Part shown: positions 37,791-50,373 of the stretch, piece by piece
How the letters are laid out: each line of letters begins with the position of its first letter
Numbering within the stretch: position 1 is the first letter of the stretch
Notes under the pieces: generated by a model
Told to the model about the DNA's origin: nothing
Databases searched by the model: none
The model's input: only the letters and a program-made list of their open reading frames with translations
Position numbers and translations under genes: made by a program
Assembly (NCBI RefSeq): GCF_030144855.1
Contig: NC_082713.1
Span: forward strand, 149,172,001 to 149,236,000
Source of the DNA: Hypanus sabinus
Lineage: Eukaryota
DNA: 64,000 nucleotides
Reading direction: 5' to 3'

Positions 37791-39599
37791 ATACATTCCA
37801 GTTGAGGACTTCCTATTAGGTCCAGTGGATATGCTCAATCTTAGGTTAGGCTGGGGAATCATCTCTTGAATATTGCCTTGGGTCTTCAGCAGCAACTGAG
37901 ATCCTAATACATTTAACAGGGATTCTAGGAACATGTGGAGAGGAGTTTTTTAAAATCTTAAGTTCAGGTAAGTTTTAAATTTTTACAAGTATTTTAGATA
38001 ATTTTGGTTTTAAAGTCAAACTTTTTTAAAAGAATTATTTCATTTTAAAAACATAAAATCAAGCACAAAAATGATGCCTTGATCCATCATTTTCCTGGTG
38101 ACTATTTTGCCCTGTTGCATGTCTTTGAACATCAAAGGTATTTAAAATCTTCTACAACAATACCTAATGATTCTTGGGAACAAGCTTTCTCAGTTGCCTC
38201 TGGAAGCCATCCACTGATCAGGCCAAGCCAGTGTAGTCCAGGGTACTTCAGGCCAGGGAGACTGGCTCTGTTCATTGAGACCAATTAAGTGAAGGCTCAG
38301 TTAAACACCAGGAGACAATTCTTCACAGTATCTTAAACCACCAAAACTGGTTTGAGTCTACTTCATATCTAGCCCACAAATATGTCCACTTTTCAACATT
38401 AGAAGGATGTCAATGATAACACAGACTGGGAGAAGCCTTGTTTACAAAGATGATGTGAAATGCAATTGTTTGGACTGTAAATAATTGGTACTGGCTTTTA
38501 GGTGAGATCTGTAAAATATGTAACACAATCCAATAAGTTTAAAATGTAGAAAGATGAGAAAATGTAGAAAGCTGAAGCCACAGTAGGAGGAGATTAATAT
38601 TTTGAGAAATTTGAGAAGTTCACTGGGAGATGATAACTTAGAGACCATCTAAAAAGAAAGGGTTTTCATTTGCACTAGGTAGGCACAGTGCACAAACCAA
38701 CATCTTTTATACAACCAAAGAGAACAAAATTATTGGGGAAAAAAGTTAAGACATAATGAGATTCCTGCGATTTAAGAGTAAAGGGAGGTGTGGCTGATCA
38801 GACAGCAAAAATGATTATTTATGGAGGTAGGTGGCATGGGTTAAACACTTCATGAGTTCTTTACATCAGCCCTTAGCCAAATTACTTATTTTGATGCATC
38901 CTGATATATGCTTTTAAAGTTGAGGTATAAATAATTCTACTCTGGTATGGAACTAATCTGGCTGGACTACAGATAATGAAGGTGCAGGCTTATTATCCAA
39001 TACTTTGATTTTTAAATTAATATCTATTAATAGTCATATATGTAATTTAAAAACATTTCAAACAAATTCAGAGTTCTTCAGAAATTCTGAATATCTTGAC
39101 ATAGTGGTTTAAGCCAATTTATTTGATATCCTCTTCTTGCTGATATAAAAGCAGTATAAACATGCAGACCCTTTCTCTATGTTTATATAACCATGGAAAA
39201 AATACACTGTGATTTTTTAATGTAAGTTTCTTGGCAATATTAGGCAATTTAGTGTTAAGTGGCAAGAAAATATAAGATCATTGTCAATAACCTTATTTTG
39301 TACTCTAAAGATAAAATTGAACTTCCTATTTCTGTCCAGAGCATTAGCTCCCTCTGTTGACTGTTTTAGGAAGGTGTGAAGCAGAAGATGAAATTACTTA
39401 TCATCCCATTTTGATGGAGGGTCCCTTTTATCTCCCACATACTGTTGACCAGTTTACATGTTGATCTTTCAATATTTGAATATTAAGATATTAATTAAAT
39501 CAAATGTGCCCTTAGTATTTAAAGTCCACTTTGACACTTACAATATGATTGTAAATAACCAGTGCCACTAATAATGTTATAATTTTTAAAAATTGAAAT

Positions 39600-39865
39600 A
39601 CAGCCTGGAATAAGTTCTTCTGGCACTTAGAGCCAAGGTGCCCAACAGTCCTCCAATTTAATCCGAGCCTAATCGCGGGACAAATTACAATGACTAATTA
39701 ACCTACCAACCTCCACAGTCCTTGGACTGTGGGAGGAAACCAGAGCACTTGGAGGAAACCCATTTGGTCACAGAGAGAACATACAAACTCCTTGCAGGTG
39801 GTGGCTGGAATTGAACCCACACTGGCTGTACTATAAAAGTGTTGTAACCACTACGCTATTGTGGC
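39600..39865 (-). mobile_element. V-SINE copy
   Basis: Plus TTGGACTGTGGGAGGAAACCAGAGCACTTGGAGGAAACCCA is the reverse V-domain; GGAATTGAACCC is the reverse B box. Confidence 0.8.
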
Positions 39866-39890
39866 AACCAAGAACAAAAACAATCAGATA

Positions 39891-42609
39891 TGTCTATGAA
39901 GGTTCTCAGTCTCTCAGTCATCCAGGTCATTGTATATCAATGGTAGTACATCAAGGCAACTGGACTTGCTGTGATGTCTAGAAGATGTTTCATCACTCAT
40001 CACTCATCCAGGAATATAAAAGGGGATAGCAAAAGCTTTTTTAGCTATGTGAAGAGAAAGAAGATAGTTAAGAACAATGTTGGCCCCTTGAAGAATGAAT
40101 TGGGAGAAATTGTTATGGGAAACAGGGAAATGGCAACAGAATTTAATGCGTACTTTAGATCTGTCTTCACGAGGGAGGATACAAGCAATCTCCCAGATGT
40201 ATGGATGGGCCAGGGTCATAAGATATCAGAGGAATTGAGACAGATTGACATTAGGAAAGAAACTGTGATGAGTAGACTGATAGGACTGAAGGCTAATAAA
40301 TCCCCGGGTCCAGATGGTCTGCATCCGAGGGTTCTAAAAGAGGTGGCTCAGGAAATTGCGGATGCATTGGTAATCATTTTCCAATGTTCCTTAGATTCAG
40401 GATCAGTTCCTGAAGATTGGAGAGTGGCTAATGTTATCCCACTTTTCAAGAAGGGAGGGAAGGAGAAAACAGAGAACTATCGCCCTGTTAGCCTAACGTC
40501 AGTCGTGGGGAAGATGCTTGAGTCTATTATTAAGGACGAAATAGTGACACATCTTGATGGCAGTAATAGGATTAGGCCGAGCCAGCATGGATTTACCAAG
40601 GGCAAATCATGCTTGACTAATCTGTTGGAGTTTTTTGAGGGTGTAACAAGGACGTTAGACGAGGGTAAGCCGGTGGATGTTGTGTACCTAGATTTTCAGA
40701 AGGCATTCGATAAGGTGCCACATAGGAGATTGGTGAGTAAAATCAGAGCTCATGGCATTGGGGGCAGGGTTTCAACATGGATAGAAAACTGGTTGGCAGA
40801 TAGAAAGCAAAGGGTAGCAGTGAATGGGTGTTTCTCGGACTGGCTGGAGGTGACTAGTGGGGTACCACAGGGCTCTGTATTGGGATCACAGCTCTTTACG
40901 ATTTATGTCAATGATTTAGATGAGGGCATTGAAAACTATATCAGCAAGTTTGCTGATGATACTAAACTGGGTGGCAGTGTGACATGCGAAGAGGACGTTA
41001 GGAGAATACAGGGAGACTTGGATAGGCTGGGTGAGTGGGCAGATACTTGGCAGATGTCATTCAATGTGAATAAATGTGAAGTTATCCACTTTGGAAGCAG
41101 GAACAAGAGGGCAGAGCATTGTCTGAAAGGTGTAGAGTTAGGTAAGGGAGAAATGCAAAGAGACCTAGGAGTCCTAGTTCATCAGTCAATGAAGGAGAAT
41201 GAGCAAGTGCAACAGGCAGTGAAGAGGGCAAATGGAATGTTGGCCTTTGTTACAAGGGGAATTGAGTACAAGAGCAAGGATGTCCTTTTGCATTTGTACA
41301 GGGCCCTGGTGAGACCACACCTGGAATATTGTGTACAGTTTTGGTCTCCAGGTTTAAGGAAGGACATTCTGGCAATTGAGGAAGCACAGCGTAGATTCAC
41401 TAGGTTGATTCCTGGGATGGCAGGGCTGTCTTACGCAGAGAGGTTGGAGAGATTGGGCTTGTACACACTGGAATTGAGGAGATTGAGAGGGGATCTGATT
41501 GCAACGTTTAAGATAATTAAAGGATTTGATAGGATTGAGGCAGGAAATATGTTCCAGATGTTGGGAGAGTCCAGTACCAGAGGGCATGGATTGAAAATAA
41601 GAGGTCAGTTATTTAAAACAGAGTTGAGGAAAAACTTCTTCTCCCAGAGAGTTGTGGAGGTGTGGAATGCACTGCCTCGGAAGACGGTGGAGGCCAATTC
41701 TCTGGATGCTTTCAAGAAGGAGCTAGATAGATATCTGATGGATAGTGGAATCAAGGGATATGGGGACAAGGCAGGGACTGGGTATTGATAGTGAATGATT
41801 AGCCATGATCTCAGAATGGTGGTGCAGACTTGAGGGGCCAAATGGCCTACTTCTGCACCTATTGTCTGTTGTCATCAGAGAGGCTTCTTCAGTTCTAATG
41901 CACAGTGGTAAGGAGCAAAGCAGATGGAGCATAGTTATCCCAAATGTAGCTGGAGTTTCAGACAAACTCAGAGGAATTTTCAACAAACACCAAATCCCTG
42001 TGCTTTTTAAACCTACAAACACACTCAGACAGAAACGCGTCCACCCAAACATAAACAGAGGAATATTATGTATGTTGTCCAATGCAATGGAAACTGCTCG
42101 GATCTGTATATCAACGAGACAAAAGAACCACTTCACAACCAGATGGCCCAACATAGGAGGGTTAACATCTCAGGTCAAGATTTGGATGTACATCTATACC
42201 TAAAGGACAAGGGACACTCCTTTGATGATAACATTGTGCACATTTTGGACAGGGAGGACAAGTGGTTTGAAAGAAGCCTAAAGAAGCCATCTTTGTCAAA
42301 ATGGAAAACCCATCTCTGAACCAAGAGGGTGGGGTATGACACCACCTATCAGCTACATCCAATGCATCTCTACAACAGTTCACACCTCCATTCATGCACA
42401 GATAAGACTAATAACCCTCTCATTACTTCTACCGCTCTTAACAACCCTCATATGATTGCTCCATCTTTAAACAACTCACAGAGTTTATAAACCAGAAAAC
42501 TACCCACTATGGATTAGAACTGTAGAAGCCTGGCGGATGAGCAGTGACATATTTTCTAGACAACAGAGAAAGTCCAATTGCCTTGATTTACTACAGATTG
42601 ATATACAAT
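39891..42609 (+). mobile_element. Penelope-like element (5'-truncated GIY-YIG end) with inverted pseudo-LTR, interrupted by a CR1
   Basis: 41920-42370 encodes, with frameshifts, IVIPNVAGVSDKLRGIFNKHQIPVLFKPTNTLRQK / MYVVQCNGNCSDLYINETKEPLHNQMAQHRR...HLYLKDKGHSFDDNIVHILDREDKWFER, a PLE GIY-YIG endonuclease. 42513-42609 is the reverse complement of 39929-40009 plus 41875-41899. Confidence 0.88.
40008..41871 (+). mobile_element. Young 5'-truncated CR1 LINE with uninterrupted RT-domain ORF (~590 codons, stop at 41788)
   Basis: NYRPVSLTS, SQHGFTKGKSCLTNL, VYLDFQKAFDKVPH, GVPQGSVLG, KFADD, LVRPHLEYCVQFWSP. 3' UTR hairpin GGGCCAAATGGCCT and tail CTATTGTCTGTTGTC. Approximate TSD TCATC(C)AG at 40004-11 and 41872-78. 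No endonuclease domain. Confidence 0.95.
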
Positions 42610-43439
42610 CAGTTTCACTGCCATTCAGTCCATAGTCTGGAATGTCATTATATTATAATCTCATCTCTACTGAGTAATTATGTGTGATCTGACAAACAAT
42701 GTAGAACAAGAGTCACACTGACGATAGGCTTACATGTTAAATTGGATAATGTGTAGTTTTACTGAATGGATAAAAACATGATTCTGAGCCATTTGTAGAA
42801 AAAAGGTAGATTTTGTGATGGGCAATATTCTTTTCCTAAACCAGTAGGACCAAACAGGCTGATATCAAAGTTGAAGTGCTATGGGCTTATCAGATATCCT
42901 CAATGACAATGTGTTCTTTCTTCAGCTAAGGAGACAATTACCTAGGATTCACCACTGTAAGTTTAGGATAATAGAATGTCTATGCATTCCCCGAATGCTC
43001 TACCTGTGACATTTTTGAAGGGTAAATCAAATAAAAAGCTGCTAAATATTGAGTCGGATTGACATTGAGCCAGAGCATAACTGCATTGGAAAAACATCAT
43101 TAGGGAAAATTAGCTGTAAGGAATGAAGAAAGTGGGATAAACATCGTGAAAGTTAAACATTGTGAAAGAAATGGATTCTGTGGAGGTGGTGTTCAAAGAT
43201 AGGTAATGGAACTGCAGGAAAGACATTATATTGGGAGGGAGGATTTCAAAGGTAGAAGTATGATTGTTGAATCATAGACGAGTTTAGGGGTTTAGGGATA
43301 TAATGTATGCAGCTGTGTTCAATTATTTCAGATTTACTTACAGCTGAGCAGCTTCAGTTTGTAACCCGATTTCACCTTTAGCTGAAGTAGATCATACCAA
43401 AGCTAATTTCCAAGCAAATTCACCTGAATTGCAAAATTG

Positions 43440-44260
43440 AAATGCTTCTAGGCATGATCAGCGTAACGCCACCCGACCATTCAATTGAGCCTTGTTCGAT
43501 TGGCAACTCTACGGTTCCTGTTTTAGCATTTGCTTCTAGACGCGAGCCACCTTAAAGCAGTTTGGGAAATCTAACTGCTAATGTTGTGGTGACCTTGAGT
43601 CTAGAGTGGAGGGACAGAAGGTTCCCATGTGTTTCTGTAGATCGGCCCCAGTCCCAGAAGTACAAGTTTTACTTTAGCTATTCACTCGCACTGGTGGAAG
43701 ATTCTGCGACCTCGTCCGTCAACTCGAGGTCTACAGATCCGGTATGGAAAGGAATTGTCCTCACTTGGTCCAGAAGAAGACAATTCAGATGAGGTTCTCT
43801 GCTGCCGTTATGGCGTCACGCCGGACAGGGAACGCTACAGAGAAGCTCAGATGAACATTGAAGTGTCTACGTTCGTGGCTATCGCTAGTGGGTTTCCAAA
43901 ATGATCCAAGCCAGGAAAAGGAGATAGTTCACAGAGAATAAACGCCAGAAGCTGCAGTGGAAGCAAGTGGAACTAACTGGGATATTCACGGTCCGCGGGA
44001 AAGGCACGGCGCAGCCGAAAGGAGCACTGGTGACAAACGGAGGCTGGAGATAAAACGTGCCGCGGCCGCGCTCACCTTAAAATGTCCAAGCGTGTTTATC
44101 AGGATGAAACATACTTTGCCAAGAGAATGAGCAAACACCCAATTAACACAAAGATACTGCGGCTGGCTGACTAAGATGATCCCTGGGCGTTGTGCAGACA
44201 CACGGAGCAATAATGCCTTAAGACACTTGGTGGCAGGTACACGCTGATGATGCCGATAAA
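43440..44260. promoter_or_regulatory. Intergenic CpG-retaining island (candidate enhancer or ncRNA promoter)
   Basis: Dense CpGs (e.g. CACGGTCCGCGGGAAAGGCACGGCGCAGCCG, CGTGCCGCGGCCGCGC) against a CpG-depleted background. Not a recognisable repeat or CDS. Confidence 0.5.
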
Positions 44261-45458
44261 GTTCAAGATTCAAAGTAAATTTTATTATCAAAATATATGT
44301 CATCATATTCAACTCTGAGATTCATTATTCCTTCTGTCATACTCGGCAAATTTATAGAATTGTAACTATAACAGACAAGATCAATGAACAATCAACGTGG
44401 TGGATATTCTTAGTGTTTACTAGCTCTGATTAACTGGTTAATTTAAACACTTCACAGTGCTGTGAGCCTTGTGATAGTTCGCCTTGCTTGTAAATGTCAC
44501 ACACGAGTATTCTCAAAGTATGTCAGTCTTCAAATACAACTCAACGCGCTTTCCACTCCATTTCCAGAAAGTCTGTTCCCTTTTATTTCAGTATTATAAA
44601 GACCTTACGTACAGTTCAGTCTATATGACTTTTATTTCCTGTAAGTTGATTAATTCTATATTAGAGGGCGATTGTCTTTTATGTTTGGGAGGACGAAGAG
44701 ACTTGTATTCATTTCCTTGACACTGTCTCCTTCTTATCAGTCATTTATAATCCAAAACAAATGCAAGGAAGCTTTATGCACCCGCTTAAACATCACACAG
44801 CAGTGATCTCTTCTGAGATAACGGCAGCCTCATTTCATTATGATTTATTGTTGGATTTCCCTAATGGTTTCTTTTCTGCTTGAGCGCATTTTAGGAGTGT
44901 TTCTTTTTAATCAATCGGAAAGCACTCTCTAATCACAGGATGTATCTTGCCATGCACAAAGAGCCGATAGGGATCCTGAAGACATTAGGCCTGGAAGAAG
45001 CATTAGAGATGCGGTGAGGATCAAGCAGTTTACAGATTGAGTCATTGTTCTGGCAGAAGCCAAGGTCGGGATAAGAACAGGTGTAATTGGTGTGGAAAAA
45101 TAGAATAAACTAAATGAGGCAGAGGATTAAATGAACACGGATTTACATCTGGAGGCCAGAAAGGAAAACGGTGGAAATTTTAACAGTAGAGAAAACACGA
45201 CACTGGCAAAGAGTTCAGCAGCAATTGAGCTGAGGCCAGGTGACTTTACAGAGGCAGAAATGGGAAGTCTTAGTAATGAGACATGTGTGAATAAAATCAA
45301 ACTATACGTCAAATACAAGATTAAGGGCACAATATTGAACAGTTTCCCGGGATGGGAATTGTAACTGATGAATGGAATGCAAGGGGCAGGTCTGTCACCT
45401 TAGCACCACCACCCCCCCCCCCATCCATCCCACCCCTCTTCCAGGGTGTCATTTATGT

Positions 45459-45670
45459 AACAAACACAAAAAGATCTGCAGATGCTGGAAGTCCAAAGCA
45501 ATTCACACAAAATGCTGGAGGAACTCAGCAGGGCAGGTGACATCTATGGAAATGAATAAACAGTCAATATTTTGGGCAGAGACTCTTCATCAGGACCTGA
45601 TGAAGGATCGTGGTCTGGAGTGTCACCGCCTGGCTTGCTGACTTCCACCAGCATTTCGTGCATGTTCTCG
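45459..45670. mobile_element. Compact fold-back PLE-derived element
   Basis: Same terminal module as 14956. The centre is the perfect inverted repeat CTTCATCAGG-A-CCTGATGAAG (45585-45605), i.e. two CTGATGA cores back to back. The right arm is GCCTGGCTTGCTGACTTCCACCAGCATTT. Confidence 0.78.
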
Positions 45671-45999
45671 TGTATGTAGACTGTGTGCAGTGGGCCTCTC
45701 CATCCAGCTTTCACATTGCTGAGTCCAGCAGATTGATACATGTCCTATTATTGTGACATGTACTGAGGTTCAGTGACAAATCTGTTCTTGCACACAGTCT
45801 ATAAGGGTCAATTCATTACAGAAGTAAACTGCTGTTGTACAATAATGACGTAAGTCAGAATAAAGTGTGTTATGGTACACAGAAAGGGCCGCACAAAATC
45901 ACAACAAGGTAGATTGTGAGATTAAGAGTCAAGGTTACTTAGCTAGATTCTCCCATTTTTTGCGAAAAAAAAAACCTTTGCCAGGGACCTATCAGTCAA

Positions 46000-47075
46000 A
46001 CATTCAAAGTTCAAAATAAATTTATTAGCAAAGAGTACACACATATATGTCACCTTGAGATTCATTTTCTTGTGGGCATTCATGGTAAGTACAATAGAAT
46101 CAATGAAAAAATACATATAACCAGGACAGGTGACTGAACATGCAAAAGACAACAAACTGTGCAAATAGAAAGAGAGTGAAAAAGAACAAAATAATAATAA
46201 TAAACAAATAAGCAATAGACATGAAGAGCATGAATTGTAGACTTCTTGAAAGTGAGTCCACAGGTTGTACAATCAGTTTAATGTTGGGGTGAGTAAAGTT
46301 GAGTGAAGTTATCCCCTCTGTTTGAGAGAAATATCTGTTCCTTAACCTAGCGGTGTGGGTCCTGAGTCTTTTGTACCTTCTTCCTGATGGCAGCAGCAAA
46401 AAGAGTGCATGGCCTGGTGGTGGGGGTCCTTGATGATGAATGCTGCTTTGCTGCAACAGCTCTTATTATAGATGTGTTCAAAGGTGTGGAGGGCTTTATC
46501 CATGATGGACTGGGCTGTATCCACTACTTTTTGTAGGCTTTTCCATTCAGGGGTATTGTTTTCCATAACAGGCCATGATGAAACCAGTCAGTATGCTCTC
46601 CATATCTGCAGAAGTTTGTCAAAGTTTTAAATGACATGCTGAATCTTTGCAAACATCAGTGTGATGTATGTGACACAACATGGTCGGCATGAAGTGATAC
46701 GGGGAGAAGGCAGGAGATTGTGGCTCAGAGGAAGTATAGAAAAATGGATCAGCCAAGATGAAATGGTGGAGCAGATTCAGAGGGCTAAATGGTCCAATTC
46801 TGCGCCTATATCTTTTGGCCTTATGGTCTAAAATAGAGGCATTGCTGTGCCTTCTTTGTAATGGCACTTACATGCTGGACCCAGGACAGATCCTCTGAAG
46901 TGATAACACTAAGGGATTTAAAGTTCCTGACCTTCTCCACCTCCGGTCCCCTGGTGAAGACTGGCTCATGAACCTCTGGTTTCCTCCTCCTCTAGTCAAT
47001 AATCAGCTCATTGGTTTTGCTGATGTTGAGTGACAGGTTGTTGTTGTGACATCATTCAGCCAGATTTTCAATCAG
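46000..47075 (-). mobile_element. Rex1-like LINE 3' fragment with a nested CR1 3' end (~46690-46830, +)
   Basis: ORFs 46100..46566: KSLQKVVDTAQSIM...AAFIIKDPHH; GHALFLLLPSGRRYKRLRTHTARLRN. Nested GGGCTAAATGGTCCAATTCTGCGCCTATATCTTTTGGCCTTATGGTCT. Confidence 0.78.
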
Positions 47076-48387
47076 TGCTGTCAGCAGCAACATAAATATG
47101 GCATTAATGCTTAGCCATATTATTATTTTCATCACACCTATCTGTGTCAGAACACAGTCTAAGTCTTGTTGTGTGTAGATATACATTCCCCATTATGTGA
47201 GGAGTTGAAGGTAGATTTAAACATAATGAAATCAACAGTGAGAAACTTCACTTCAGACTTAAGACCGTTGAAGGAAAATGCATTGCTGTAATAGCTGAAG
47301 AAGCCATGGTCTGGGATGATCAGCAATGCTCTCATGTTGACATGGTTTTAATTTATAAGTTAGTCATCACCCAACCTGTCTTTCACAATATCATTATGCC
47401 GTACCACAGGAATTAGCTTTTGAGGTGATGAAACAAGAGCTAACATTTTCATTGTTGATCTTTTTCTTATATTTAATTGAGTAAAGACCACGTGTTCTAA
47501 ATGTATTCTTTGATCTGTGTGGGTCCAACTCGTGGGCAATGGGTGTAGTTAACACTGGAAGAAAACAAATAAGCAAAGCACATCTGTGAATGATCCGTTT
47601 TATGTGTTTTCTGGTTATTTTGGAAACTTAAGTGAAAATTTTAATTAATGACAGCTTTACAAATGTTTGATTGACCTCAGATCACCTCAGTCTCACACAC
47701 ACATGTTCACAGTTACACATAGCAATACAGCCTTGAAAAGTTAAGGTTGAGGGTGCCCCCTTTTTGTGAAGCACTCTGTAAACTTTGTACCTTGATCACT
47801 AATTTACTGTCATATACATCATACTGAAAAATGTAATTTCAGCAATGTGAATTACCATTAACTCTTCATTTCCACAAACTGATTAAAATTAAATTTTGAA
47901 GATAGTTTTCCTTCATAGTTTGCTTTCATTTGTACTTGGGGACCTGTCTGACACTATTTGCATCAGGAAATTTTGATGCAACCTGAAACATGAATATTTA
48001 CACAAGCAAAGTTTTCTTGTTCGGGGACAACTGAAGAATTTTTACCCTCAAATCTAAGAATATGTATAGTGAGTTAGAATTCATTTGATCCTGGATAAAA
48101 ATAAAATTATTTGGGTTAAGATCTTGATTCACTCCTTGAATTGGACTCATCAAACTAATATTTAATCAAAAATGGTTTGAGTTCCCCAATAATAAATACA
48201 ATTCTTTACATGTTTGGTAATAGAGCTGTGCATTCCATGAAAGATTAAAGATGTAGATCAGCCAAATCCAAACAATGATGCCTGACTCTTGTCTTTGTTC
48301 TCTACAGAGGAGTGTTCCTGAGAAGGGAGTCCAGAAATTCTATCAAGAGTTGTGAGTGGAAGAATAGGACAGTGCCGCTCTTTGTGA

Positions 48388-48630
48388 GTGGCACAGTAGT
48401 GTGCCAGTTTGCATAATGCTTTACAGTGCCAGTGACTTGTGTTCATTTTCTGCCACTGTCTGTAAAGATCTTGTATGTTCTCCCCATGACCGCATGGGTT
48501 CCTCCAGGTGTTCTGGTTTCCACCCAAATTCCAACGAAGTGTAAGTCAGGTGGTTAATTAATCACATGGATGTAATTGGACCGCAAAGGGTCATCCGGCC
48601 GGAAGGGTCTGTTACTGTTCCATATCTCTA
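48388..48630 (+). mobile_element. V-SINE copy
   Basis: GTGGCACAGTAGTG head; GCATGGGTTCCTCCAGGTGTTCTGGTTTCCACCCA V-domain. Confidence 0.75.
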
Positions 48631-49189
48631 AAAAACATTTTTTTTGAAAAAGTGAAGAGTGAAGATGGTGGAGGAGGTGAACTAGGAAGAAGCTGACTTG
48701 GGTGAAACTGTGAAAAGGATTAAAACAAATGTTGGGTGGGAAACAGAGCAAATGATTAGCATTGAAAGCAAAGAAAAGTGCTGTGAGAACTCAGTGGTCA
48801 GGCAGCATCTGTGGAGGAAAGAATGTATAATTTGCAGTTGTTTTTAAACCCTGCGCTAAGACTGAGAGGGAAGATACCAAGGAGTGTAACACAAGTTAGT
48901 AGACGATGATTGGGACCAGGTGATGAACTGATGGAGAAAGGGTAGCAAAAGTGATCAAAGAATGAAGAAAACTCAGTGGCCTGGTGAGAATGTGTGGAAG
49001 GAAAACACTGGGAAGGTGGATTATTTGAGATTGGAACATGCTATGTTCATGTTACTGAGTTTTACAATACCTGAGCAGAAGGGATGATTGAGGATGTTGA
49101 GTGGATGAGGGGTGTTGATTAGGCAAAGGTGCGAGGCATCAGGTGCGCAATAGTATTTTCATTCTATTTATTGACTGATTGATTGATAT

Positions 49190-49420
49190 ACAGTGTGTAA
49201 CCGGCCCTTCTGGCCCTATGAGCTGCACCACCCAGCAACCCCTGATTTAACCCTAACCTAATTACTGGACAATTTACAATGACCAGTTCATTGGTCTCTG
49301 GACCGTGGGAGGAAACTGGTGCGTCCAGAGGAAACCCACGTGGTCACGGGGAGAATGTACAAATTGGTTACAGACTGTGGTGGTTGTTAAACCTGGGTCT
49401 GGTACTGTAAAATGCTGCAC
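49190..49420 (-). mobile_element. V-SINE copy
   Basis: Plus GGACCGTGGGAGGAAACTGGTGCGTCCAGAGGAAACCCACG is the reverse V-domain. (TGAT)n tail at about 49170-49186. Confidence 0.75.
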
Positions 49421-50240
49421 TGTCAGAAGAACACTCTATGCTGTTTGTTGGCATTGTGTAAATCAGTTCCCTAAAGTTCAGGGAACTGGCGGGACATGTG
49501 CTTGGAAATGCCAGCAACAATAACAGTCCTTGTCTTCTGCTTTGGACATTGTCCCTCCAAACACTGAAAGGTGGGCACGCCTGGCCTGGAGACAATCTAT
49601 GTGTTGATGTGCATTATTGCAGCTTTTACTTTTACAACCAGTTGTGCATTATTATTTAACTCTAAATAAGGATAATCATGGCTTTTGGCTATTAAAAGGC
49701 CTTTTAGGAACCAATCCAGGAGTTATATGCAGAGGTTCAGGAAGAAATTTCTTATTTCCTATTACTTATGTTCAAATTTTAAGTTAAATGCACAGGTATA
49801 GATTATTAAATGGCATTCATTGAATGGATTGGAACAATGTTTTTCTTTAGCTGGCCCTTTTTTGCAAGAAAAAAACAAGAACAAGAGATGATTGAATATG
49901 TATGATAGTTCAAAGCTTTGGACTGAATTTCTTTACAATTTTCCTGAGTGCTTTAGTTTGGAAATTAATCATTTTCTTCATTTCTCTATTGCACTTGAAG
50001 TGCATTCTGCCCTCCAGTGGTGCACGGAAAAATTAACTATCCATAGATCCAATATCTGCTGCATTTCCCAGCTTCAGGTCGTGTGGTCTGATAAAATGTA
50101 ATGTTGACTCACTGCAAAAGAAATTGATTAAAGAATTGGGGTGTTCCTCTTTCACAGAAAATCACCATGGTGGAGTGGGGGTAGTCTATGTCCCAAACCT
50201 AAATAAAACCCATCACATTTAACCAAATATTCTAAGAATA

Positions 50241-50373
50241 TACTCAAGAAATTCTGCAGATGATGTAAATCCCGAGTAACACACACAAAATACTGAAGGA
50301 TTTCAGCTGGTCAGGCAGCATCTATGGAAAGGAGTTGACATTTTGGGCCAAGACCTTTCTTCAGGACAGATGG
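50241..50373 (-). mobile_element. Short PLE-derived insertion ending just beyond a degenerate hammerhead
   Basis: Perfect 11-bp TSD TTCTAAGAATA (50230-40 and 50374-84). Minus strand GTC-CTGAAGA-AAGGTCTTGGCCC-AAAA-TGTC-AAC. Confidence 0.82.

Noticed and set aside
39971-40007. Start of the 605-aa ORF as a real gene start
   Set aside because: It begins at a GTG/ATG in the flanking Penelope pLTR that is in frame by chance. The CR1 itself starts at about 40008 and is 5'-truncated.
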